Assembly (NCBI GenBank): GCA_002269645.1 | Contig: NIVC01003423.1 | Coordinates: forward strand, 1 to 64,000 | DNA from: Macrostomum lignano | Lineage: Eukaryota | Direction: 5' to 3' | DNA: 64,000 nt | In this document: positions 34,301 to 44,000 of the stretch, piece by piece | How positions within the stretch are numbered: position 1 is the first letter of the stretch | Layout of the letters: every line of letters begins with the position of its first letter | Made by a program: the position numbers and the translations under genes | The notes under the pieces: generated by a model | Seen by the model: the letters and a program-made list of their open reading frames with translations, nothing else | The model's database searches: none | What the model was told of the DNA's origin: nothing

Positions 34301-34723
34301 ATTATGCTTGCCGATGAAGTCGACTCCAACAATGACAGGGCAGACCAAACCTGACACAACGAAAAACAATTGCCGAGCTGTCACTCCACCGACTGTAAGT
34401 GGCAATTCGATTTGCCGTTCTATGCTAATTGGCTGCTTGTTCACTGAATGAAGTTGCACTCTGGCTGCAGTTGCCTGTCTGAGCTGGGATTTTGTCAGGA
34501 TGCTGGACTCAACTAGTGAGCACTGGCTTCCGGTGTCTAACAGCGCCTTCACACTTCTGCCATCAAGCTTGCACTCACACTGCGATAGTCGGTCGGGCGC
34601 GACGCTGCATCCGTCGAAGATCCCGCCGACTGTGAGCGCCGGCCTTGAAGCCGCTGCTGCTGGGCCCGCAGTTACTGCTGGCCGGGGTTGCGGGCCCGCA
34701 CACCCCAGCCTCTGGCGTTTCCC
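31388..34723 (-). CDS. pol: Gypsy Pol: protease, reverse transcriptase, RNase H, integrase
   Basis: ALLDTGS (PR); IDYREINK, LDLNGGYFQI, FKRMPQGL, FFDD (RT); VFTDASG, TENECLAI, ADALSR (RH); AHEG..GH..C..C, IHSDQGPNF, GNGLAES (IN). Uninterrupted ORF. Confidence 0.95.
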   Translation of the reverse strand, partial: GKRQRLGCAGPQPRPAVTAGPAAAASRPALTVGGIFDGCSVAPDRLSQCECKLDGRSVKALLDTGSQCSLVESSILTKSQLRQATAARVQLHSVNKQPISIERQIELPLTVGGVTARQLFFVVSGLVCPVIVGVDFIGKHNLQLDFTGSSQEAGQVCSTRFQADTGDPVDIEDALVPEFSCEEFELPTTDDPDVQRLLVEFKDLFKKKPGLTHLQQHRIVLSDEVPVRVPPRRMPVHYREKVEQLIQELLENDVIELSESPYVAPPVYVTKKDGSLRLTIDYREINKKTIRSAQGIPLMEEARDRIAGSSVFSVLDLNGGYFQIPMAEEDKLKTAFCPGPGMPLYQFKRMPQGLSGGPSTFCMLMSKVFNGCDFIFTFFDDSLCFSNTKSDHLRQLRETFERLRAAGLTLRGSKCKIAVPEVTFLGTRYSKDGAQPSQEKLEAIQQWREPRSAKEVRQFIGLCNQYRRHVANFAVIAAPLHHLTGKGVPFDWTSECQTAFDELKRCLISPPILVNPDFTKEFSVFTDASGSGVGAILKQGEAVIEFSSRAFNSAEKKYSATENECLAILHAFKVFRHYLLGKHFTVHTDHCPLTYIDSQRVDSYGRLGRWRLLLQEFDFTVKYRRGVENTDADALSRLHGQEVAATQLTPEIDTEELKTAQRHDPELSQVIQAMDKDAEIAPRWRAGPLQQLGRIWKKLKLDNDGVLLRKFNDPDGLREVPVVPARLRQQFLTNAHEGLGGHFGAEKCYRTLKLTAYWPGMAEDIVQHCQSCSVCQEKKAGSRPSSPLGELPIGSPWDSVAIDIVKVAPSSRGNKYLLVAQDQFSKYLTAVAIPDQTAETTARAFLSICSQTGLPRVIHSDQGPNFESQLFQDPLRGLGVTKTRTTAYNPKGNGLAESGNKSVLQLLRCFTERESEWEDKLPLILLSYNSRVHCSTQLPPLKVFTGRDPSLLVISQQSRRFYDVRTYADKLEGDLLRIREFVEEHLVQAAGEQKSGYDRSTGQLRTFSPGDEVLLRIELRGSKLAPYWEPGWQVLSQRDLVVEIRKIENGRTRRVNVNRLRPRILPVPDGERFLQPPFAHAAHGGDEADEEPPPRRYPVRRRMPVDRYVAG

Positions 34724-35477
34724 GGCTGTCGCCTGCTGTAGCAATCTCTGGCAATGTGGCCTTGTGGCAGTTGTAGCAGATGATGTCAGACTTCGAACGG
34801 TGCTGCGGTCTCGTTGTGCTGCTCGTCCTCACTCCACAGGCTGCCAGCTGCTGCAGCTGGGAACTCAGGGTGCTCACCGATGCCTGCAGACTCTGCACAG
34901 TGTCCCGCAGCTCCTGAACTTCGCTGGATTGGCTCGACTGAGGTTGCACCGCTGCTGCTGGGATGCTTGGCGAGCTGTGCTGCATCAGTAGCTGGGCCTT
35001 TTGAAGCGCTTGCTCTGAGGTCTTAACGCTGGAGTCCGCGCGAATCTGCCAGCTCACGGATTCGGGAAGGCCACAGACGAACTGATGGAACAGCAGAGCC
35101 TCTTGAGCATCTTTGTTGTCCACGGAGGAGCTTTTGAGCATCTTCTTTAACTCGTAAAGATACATGCGTAGAGTCTCATTCGACAAAATCTTCCTTGATT
35201 TGAACGCCTCCATGACGGCGAAGTGCTCGCGGTTCGGGTGGAATGCATCATCCAATGCCTGGACTACTTTGTCGTAGTCTGCCTGATCTCCTGCCGACAG
35301 TTCCAAATAAACGACGAGAGCCTCGCCATCCAAAAATGTGGCCAGTCGCTCCGCTTTGCACGTGTCCCACTTGTTGACTTTTGCGCATACATTGAAACGC
35401 TGCAGCCATTCCTTAAAGTTGCCGGTACTGAAAACTCTGGGCAGCGCTGCACTGGCGGTCAAACCTTTCTCAGCCAT
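34672..35477 (-). CDS. gag: Gypsy Gag with a CCHC zinc knuckle (1-nt deletion at ~34760 in this sequence)
   Basis: FKEWLQRFNVCAKVNKW... Adding one G turns CYNCHK-ATL into CYNCHKGHIARDC and ends the ORF at TAA 34672. Confidence 0.85.
34680..34723 (-). promoter_or_regulatory. -1 ribosomal frameshift signal (G GGA AAC plus stem-loop) between gag and pol
   Basis: Heptamer at 34723-34717 in the restored gag frame; 6-nt spacer; stem GGCTGGGGT/ACCCCGGCC with an inner TGCG/CGCA helix. The -1 frame is the pol ORF (GKRQRLG...). Confidence 0.75.
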
Positions 35478-35504
35478 TCTAGAATAATTTGCTCTGCTAC
35501 CAGT

Positions 35505-35720
35505 TGTAGACTAAGGCAGAGAGATACAACTGAGAGTTGACGAAGCCTCTTGGCGTTTATTAGATCGATACGCAGGTTAAATACGATACAACGATTGTTA
35601 CATAACTGGATATAAAAGATAGAGACAGGGGTGGGTGAAAAGCACGTACATGCTGTACAATAGCAACCCCCACCCCACTCTAGCGACTGGCGCATACAAG
35701 TACACTTGCAACTCACTACA
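35505..35720 (-). repeat. 5' LTR of the gypsy element (216 bp)
   Basis: Followed on the minus strand by AC + PBS and then the gag ATG at 35477. Confidence 0.95.
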
Positions 35721-36115
35721 CTACCATCAAATCTGTAACACTTCAGTAATACCCCACCATCAAATCTGTAACACTTCAGTAATACCCCACCATCACATCT
35801 GTAACACTTCAGTAATACCCCACCATCACATCTGTAACACTTTAGTAATACCCCACCATCAAATCTGTAACACTTCAGTAATACCCCACCATCACATCTG
35901 TAACACTTCAGTAATACCCCACCATCACATCTGTAACACTTCAGTAATACCCCACCATCACATCTGTAACACTTCAGTAACAGCCCGCAAACCCATCTGT
36001 AACACTTCAGTAACAGCCCACAAACCCTTCAGTAACAGCCCGCAAACCCATCTGTAACACTTCAGTAACAGCCCACAAACCCTTCAGTAACAGCCCGCAA
36101 ACCCATCTGTAACAC
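35721..36115. repeat. Right part of the 33-bp minisatellite (TCTGTAACACTTCAGTAATACCCCACCATCACA)
   Basis: About 7 units followed by a diverged variant (AACAGCCCGCAAACCC). Confidence 0.9.
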
Positions 36116-36661
36116 TCCAAGACTGCATAGACAGAAAAAGAAACTAAAAAGCTCCTGTTTTTAAACGGAGGCAGTATTTTCAAGAAATGTGGTGCGTTTA
36201 TTAAACAAAAGCATCTAGTTTATACTTAATAAATGAAAATTCCGTTAAAACGCAGCTAAACTACTGTTTTAACACGGGCTTAAACACAGTTAAACACTGT
36301 TAGTGAACAATAAAATATTTATTAGAAAATTTTACAACAATTTACACCAATGCAGACATCCTGGTCCAATTCTCAGCTGTAAGAGTCAACAAACAAACAA
36401 GCAAAAAATTAATTAATAAAAAACAGCACGAAAATGATATTTAATTTTGTTGAAAGCCAATTTGCAATTCAAATAGAATTTCATTTCAATTCTATGAATT
36501 ACTGAATATTAGCGACGTAGTACAGAATAGAAAAAGGCAAGTGCGAGATTAAAGACTGACTTCTGGTCTGTTGCAGTCAGCTTACGGATTGATTGTCCCA
36601 TAACTTTTGTTTTTGGCTGTCATACAGAATGCGCTGCCTCACAAACGAACACAGTGATGAC

Positions 36662-37400
36662 AGGCCTACAAAGGACCGCAGTGATAGAGGCAGCCCTACA
36701 AAGGACCGCAGTGATAGAGGCAGCCCTACAAAGGACCGCAGTGATAGTGGCAGCCCTACAAAGGACCGCAGTGATAGTGGCAGCCCTACAAAGGACCGCA
36801 GTGATAGAGGCAGCCCTACAAAGGACCGCAGTGATAGTGGCAGCCCTACAAAGGACCGCAGTGATAGTGGCAGCCCTACAAAGGACCGCAGTGATAGTGG
36901 CAGCCCTACAAAGGACCGCAGTGATAGTGGCAGCCCTACAAAGGACCGCAGTGATAGAGGCAGCCCTACAAAGGACCGCAGTGATAGTGGCAGCCCTACA
37001 AAGGACCGCAGTGATAGTGGCAGCCCTACAAAGGACCGCAGTGATAGTGGCAGCCCTACAAAGGACCACGGTGATAGTGGCAGCCCTACAAAGGACCACG
37101 GTGATAGTGGCAGCCCTACAAAGGACCGCAGTGATAGTGGCAGCCCTACAAAGGACCGCAGTGATAGAGGCAGCCCTACAAAGGACCGCAGTGATAGTGG
37201 CAGCCCTACAAAGGACCGCAGTGATAGTGGCAGCCCTACAAAGGACCGCAGTGATAGTGGCAGCCCTACAAAGGACCGCAGTGATAGTGGCAGCCCTACA
37301 AAGGACCGCAGTGATAGTGGCAGCCCTACAAAGGACCGCAGTGATAGTGGCAGCCCTACAAAGGACCGCAGTGATAGTGGCAGCCCTACAAAGGACCACA
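36662..37400. repeat. Minisatellite, 30-bp unit CAGCCCTACAAAGGACCGCAGTGATAGTGG, ~25 copies
   Basis: Near-perfect tandem array. Confidence 0.97.
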
Positions 37401-38062
37401 GTAAAAAAAATAATGAATTACACATATATTGCAAATGACAGTCTGCACTGAACTGTATAAAACTGTCACAATGATAAAAGGCTTCAGAAAAATATTAATT
37501 CAGATCCATCTAAAGTGTCACAGCAACTTGTATGAGAAGGCCAAAGCCAGGATGATTGGCAGAACATGTAAAGCTGGGGAGGAGCAAAATTAATTAGTTT
37601 GAAAACTTCAAAAAATATACATTTAGCAGGAGTTATCCTAATATGGGATAATTCTATGCATATAAAGCAGCTTTAAGGACTATTAAAAAAGTTGAAGAAT
37701 TCGAAGGAGCAGGGAAAGTAAAACAAAGCGATCCAAGCAGGTTAGTAAAAAACAGTAAGCTAGACATAACACTGACTAGACTGCTGCGTGCAATTATTAA
37801 AATAATCTCCGCGCGCAGCATTCGAATTAAACTACTGCTTGAAGCTCCAATAGTAGGCAAGCAAACATATTGCAGTCTAAATTGAATAAAACAATATAAA
37901 TAAATATAGTTATTGCAGAAGAAAAGCAAACAACACGATTTCTATTTAGTCTCCAGATACTGGTAAATGCAAGTCCAGTGCAAAAAATCTATTTAGGGCC
38001 AGATTTATACTACTGAACAGTAGCAATTAGCGGTTTCTTAAAAGAAACTCTCGTTTTATATT

Positions 38063-41000
38063 TTAACCTGCACCGTCTCCGCTGGCACTGTGCCAAGCCG
38101 CGGCGGCAGTGGCGATGGTTTTGCGCTTCTCCCGATCGTGTCTGATGCCGCGATACAGGGACCGCGTCATCACGCCTGATAGGGAGGTCGCTTGCTGCTG
38201 CTGCTGCTGCGAATGATTTTCGCCCGATGGCAGAGGCGGCGTGTCTGATAGAGAGCTGCAAAATGCGATTTAGAGATTTTTGTCAGTGAATAGCATAAAG
38301 AATGCATGTCACTCTGCGCCTCAACAACCCTGAGCCTGGATCTTTGTCACTCCGATGTCACTCTTGCTATAGGTTACATTATCACTCTCTTAACTCGCAT
38401 CTGTCACTCCACCTACTTCTAGTTCTGTCACTCCATTGTCACTCTACCTACTCCTAGTTCTGTCACTTAATTCTCAACCTACCTAATCGTATTACTGTCA
38501 CTCCATCTTCACTCTACCTACTCGTATTTCTGTCACTCCATTGTCGCTTTACCTACTAGTTCTGTCACTCCATTGTCACTCTACCTACTCCTAGTTCTCT
38601 CACTCCATTCTCACTCTACCTAATCGTATTTCTGTCACTCCATTGTCACTCTACCTACTCCTAGTTCTGTCGCTCCATTGTCACTCTACTTACTCTTAGT
38701 TCTGTCACTCCATTGTCACTCTACCTACTCCTAGTTCTGTCACTCCATTGTCACTCTACCTACTCCTAGTTCTGTCACTCCATTGTCACTCTACCTACTC
38801 CTAGTTCTCTCACTCCATTCTCACTCTACCTAATCGTATTTGTCACTCCATTGTCACTCTACCTACTCCTAGTTCTATCACTCCATTGTCACTCTACCTA
38901 CTCCTAGTTCTGTCACTCCATTCTCACTTTACCTACTCTTAGTTCTGTCACTCCATTGTCACTCTTTTCACGTGTAATTCTTGTCAATCCATTGCCACTT
39001 TACCTACTCGTCTTTCTGTCAATTTTTTTCTCACTCTCTACTCGCATCTTTCACTCTGGCTGTCACTCAGCTGTCACTCTAAATCTAAAGCCACGCCTGT
39101 CACTTTTCCAAGCAGCCCCTTATCAGTCAAGAATTTCTTAGAAAGCAGCACTCACATAGCGGCCATACTCTGGCTCATATAATTTTGCTCAAGTGTTTCC
39201 ATTTTAAATTTCAATTCCTCGTAGTTCATGCTGAGCCGACTCTTGGCCTTGTACTCCTGATCGAATTTGCGAAGCAACATCTGATGCTTCTCGTGGAGCA
39301 GCCTGGACAGGTGAGTAGATTGAGGCGAGTCATTTAGCTTCCTTAAAATTTGGAAATCCTTACAGTGGAAAACTTACTTCTCATTCTCAGTCTTCATAGC
39401 CAGTATAGCTTCCAGATTCTCAATCTTGCACTGCATCTGCACAGCCTTCTCGCGCATCTCCTTCATCCCGGCCAGCCGCTCCTCAGCCTCCATTCGCTGC
39501 TTGCGCTGCTCAGACACTTCACGAGTCCGCAGCTCCAGCACCGACTTCAACGAGGCGATCTCGTCTGGCAGGTTGCGATAGCTGGCTAAGGCGGCCTTAA
39601 AATAGTAGTTAGAAAGTAGTATGAGTAAAATATGAGCAGTTAAAGGGAAACCCCACAAATGGGAAATCCATTTTGTAGGGAAAAACACTTAATGGAAAAT
39701 CCATTGTGTCAGGAAAACCCCGAACGGGAAATCTATAGTGTAGGGGAAACCCCGAACGGGAAATCTATAGTGTAGGGGAAACCCCGAACGGGAAATCTAT
39801 AGTGTAGGGGGAACCCCCAAATGGGAAATCCATTGTGTCAGGGAAACCCAGAACGGGAAATCTTTAGTGTAGGGGAAACCCCCAAATGGGAAATCCACTG
39901 TGTCAAGGAAACCCCGAACGGGAAATCTATAGTGTAGGGGAAATCCCCAAATTGGAAATCCATTGTGTCAGGGAAACCCCGAACGGGAAATCTATAGTGT
40001 AGGGGAAACCCCCAAATGGGAAATCCATTGTGTCAGGGAAACCCTGAACGGGAAATCTATAGTGTAGGGGAAACCCCCAAATGGGAAATCCACTGTGTCA
40101 GGGAAACCCCGAACGGGAAATCTATAGTGTAGGGGAAACCCCCAAATGGGAAATCCACTGTGTCAAGGAAACCCCGAACGGGAAATCTATAGTGTAGGGG
40201 AAATCCCCAAATTGGAAATCCATTGTGTCAGGGAAACCCCGAACGGGAAATCTATAGTGTAGGGGAAACCCCCAAATGGGAAATCCATTGTGTCAGGGAA
40301 ACCCTGAACGGGAAATCTATCGTGTAGTGGAAACCCTTAAATGGAAAAATCCATTGTCGCGGGGAAAACCACGAACGGGAAATCTATTGTTGCAGGGAAA
40401 CCTCCGAATAGGAAATCCATTTTGGCAGGAAATACCGAATAGATAATAAATTGTGGTATGGAAACCCCTGAATGGGAATTTCATGGTGTAGGTAAAACCC
40501 CGAAAGGGAAATCCCTACTTAAAGTCAAGTGTCATTGATAATAATTAAAATATTTCACCTGTAATTCGGCCACTTCAGCTTGCAAAGCGCTGACGGCAGA
40601 ACCCGATGGCGACTGCATTTGCACCAGAGGAGCGATTGGACGCTCATCTCCGTCGAGGACAGACGAAACCCGGGCCTGAGACTGGCGCTGATTGGTTGAA
40701 CTGGCTGAGCTCCTGACACTGCCGCCGTGTCTCAACTGGATAGAGGATTCCGGAGTCTCAGCGATCGATTCACACAGGGGCATTGGGAAATCTGGATCCT
40801 TAGTCTGAGATTCCGACTTTTCAGGATGAGATTCCGATTTCTTTGGGTGAGATTCCGACTTCTCAGGATGAGATTCCGATTTTTCTTGGTGAGACTCCGA
40901 CTTCTCGGGATGAGATTCCGATTTCTCTGGGTGAGATTCCGATTTGTCTTGGTGAGATTCAGATTTCTCAGGATGAGATTCCGATTTTTCTTGGTGAGAC

Positions 41001-44000
41001 TCCGATTTTTCTTGGTGAGATTCCGATTTCTCTAGATGAGAATCCAATTTCTCTGGGTGAGATTCCGATTTCACCGGGTGAGATTCTAAAATCTCACTAT
41101 AAGATTCTTGCAATTCTTCGGCACAAACTTCCATACTAAGCGAATGAAATTCCAAATCAGTTGATACAGCTTTCGATTCAGTAGGTTGAGTCTTCGCAGA
41201 CAGTTTCTGTTGAAATTCTTCCGTGATCTCCTGAAAATTATAAAACAAAATTAATAAAGCATAATTTAATTGGCGAAAACTTGATTTTTTCACACAGCCG
41301 ACATGTAGCGAAAAAAACTTTGCAAAGCAATTTTTATACACTAACAGCAAAACTTACCAGAATTTTTGCATCGGAAGCGTAGACCTTCTCCTTGAGCGAG
41401 GCGGACTCAAACTGGGTCATAGACAGCTGGGACTGCAGTTCGGCAATAGCCGCCTCGAATTTGCTGGCCTGATCGCTTAGTTTGACCTCGTGACGCTGCT
41501 CGGAATCTGAAAATTTAATCAGAATGTATTCGCATATTTGCTAATACAGCTACTGAGAAAAGTAGCAATATGAACACTTTTTTTACCATGCATTGCTTTA
41601 GAATTCTGCTCGGCAATGGATTGCAATTCTTGGCTGTGGAGAGCCTGCTGCTGATCCAGCGTTGTCTGATGCTGCTGGGCCAAGGCAGACAACTGCGGAG
41701 TGAGGCAATTAAAAAGTACAAAATTATGAGTTTATTTTAAACCTCCTCTCACCTGCCCATCTCTACTCTCATCTGCCCACCTCTCCTCTCACCTGCCCAT
41801 CTCTACTCTCACCTGCCCATCTCTACTCTCACCTGCCCACCTCTACTCTAACCTGCTCATCTATTGTCTCACCTGCCTCTCTCCTCTCACCTGCCCATCT
41901 CTACACTCACCTGCCCATCTCTCCTCTCACCTGCCCATATCACCTCTCACCTGCCCATCTCTACTCTCACCTGCCCATATCACCTCTCACCTGCCCATCT
42001 CTACTCTCACCTGCCCATCTCTCCTCTCACCTGCCCATCTCTATTCTAACCTGCCTATCTATCGTCTCACCTGCCCATCTCTCCTCTCACCTGCCCATAT
42101 CACCTCTCACCTTCCCATCTCTACTCTCACCTGCCCATCTCTCCTCTCACCTGCCCATCTGTCCTCTCACCTGCCGATCTCTCCTCTCACCTGCCCATCT
42201 GTCCTCTCACCTGCCGATCTCTCCTCTCACCTGCCCATCTGTCTTCTCACCTGCCGATCTCTCCTCTCACCTGCCCATCTGTCCTCTCACCTGCCCATCT
42301 CTCCTCTCACCTGCCGATCTCTCCTCTCACCTGCCGATCTCTCCTCTCACCTGCCGATCTCTCCTCTCACCTGCCCATCTGTCCTCTCACCTGCCGATCT
42401 CTCCTCTCACCTGCCCATCTGTCCTCTCACCTGCCGATCTCTCCTCTCACCTGCCCATCTGTCCTCTCACCTGCCGATCTCTCCTCTCACCTGCCCATCT
42501 GTCCTCTCACCTGCCGATCTCTCCTCTCACCTGCCCATCTCTCCTCTCACCTGCCCATCTGTCCTCTCACCTGCCGATCTCTCCTCTCACCTGCCGATCT
42601 CTCCTCTCACCTGCCCATCTGTCCTCTCTTCTGCCGATCTCTCCTCTCACCTGCCCATCTGTCCTCTCACCTGCCGATCTCTCCTCTCACCTGCCCATCT
42701 GTCCTCTCACCTGCCGATCTCTCCTCTCACCTGCCCATCTGTCCTCTCACCTGCCGATCTCTCCTCTCACCTGCCCATCTCTCCTCTCACCTGCCCATCT
42801 GTCCTCTCACCTGCCGATCTCTCCTCTCACCTGCCGATCTCTCCTCTCACCTGCCCATCTCTCCTCTCACCTGCCCATCTCTCCTCTCACCTGCCCATCT
42901 CTCCTCTCACCTGCCCATCTCTCCTCTCACCTGCCCATCTGTCCTCTCACCTGCCGATCTCTCCTCTCACCTGCCCATCTCTCCTCTCACCTGCCCATCT
43001 CACTTCTCACACTAATCCAAGCCTCACCTGCTCAGCATGCGCAGTCCTAACTGACTCGATCTCCAACTTGGCTCGTTCAGTCAACTCCAACCGCTGCGCT
43101 TCCAGCTGACGCCGCAGGTGTTCAACAGCCCGACGCCACAGTGGCGCATTGAATCCGTCGATTCTGGCAGCATAGCCGCACACAACGGCGAGAGATTCAA
43201 CCGTCAGGGCGAGTCGGCGACACTCGGCAAGAGCGGCGTCTCTAGCCGATCGCGCATCCGATGCGGCCAACAAGGCGGCCTCTTTCTCAGCTTCGGCGGC
43301 GGCTGCTGCGGCGGCCGATTCAATAGCGGCGGCGGCCAGCGCCGAGGCCGAGGCTGCAGAGGCCGCAGACGGCGTGCTGCGGCCGGAAGCCAGAGAGGCC
43401 GTCAGCGAATCCCGTCGATTGGCTGCGGTCGACGATGAAGACGCGTTCACAGACGGCTGCGTGAGGATGAAGACGGATATAGATTTCTGAATCTGAGAGA
43501 TTAGATCTATCAATCTGAGAGATTAGATTTATCAATCTGAGAGATAAGATTTATCAATCTGAGAGATTAGATTTGTCAATATGAGATTAGATTTGTCAAT
43601 ATGAGATTAGATTTGTCAATCTGAGATTAGATTTGTCAATCTGAGAGATTAGATTGCTGAATCTGAGAGATTAGATTTCTGAATTTGAGATATTAGACTT
43701 TCGCACCGAGCTACTGACAAAAAATTCTAAGTAGACAGTTCAGGACATACGAGTATGACTTACCCGTCTGCTTCCATTTATTTGTTTAGAACTCGTGGCT
43801 GGCGCCTTCGATGGGACGTTGTTTGACTTAACTGGGCCCGATGTTGAAGCTCCTATGCTAGACGCCAGCGTTGATCGCTGCGTCCTGTCACTGGTAGCAG
43901 AGGCTGCCGTCTGATGCTTCCTGACTTGCTGCTTGCTTGAGGCCTGTCTGTCAGCCACTGAGCTGCGGGCTGCGTTGTATGGGGTGAGTAAGCATTATAG

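Larger units (their letters stand above)
24657..35720 (-). mobile_element. Ty3/gypsy LTR retrotransposon (full-length, interrupted by a hAT element)
   Basis: Two 216-bp LTRs (24657-24872, 35505-35720; TGTAG...CTACA; 2 mismatches). PBS TGGTAGCAGAG (35492-35502, minus) complementary to animal initiator tRNA-Met. PPT GGGGAGG at ~31234-31240. Imperfect 4-bp TSD CCAC/CTAC. Domain order gag-PR-RT-RH-IN. Confidence 0.95.

Noticed and set aside
31475-34991. Plus-strand ORFs antisense to gypsy pol (and those antisense to 2509-6360)
   Set aside because: Expected shadow ORFs in GC-rich coding DNA.
36577-37451. ORFs on both strands, including the SPTKDRSDSG repeat
   Set aside because: A 30-bp satellite open in several frames, with no splice or flanking coding support.
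39705-40520. Clustered GGGAAACCCC NF-kB-like sites
   Set aside because: An incidental match within a satellite unit, with no evidence of function.
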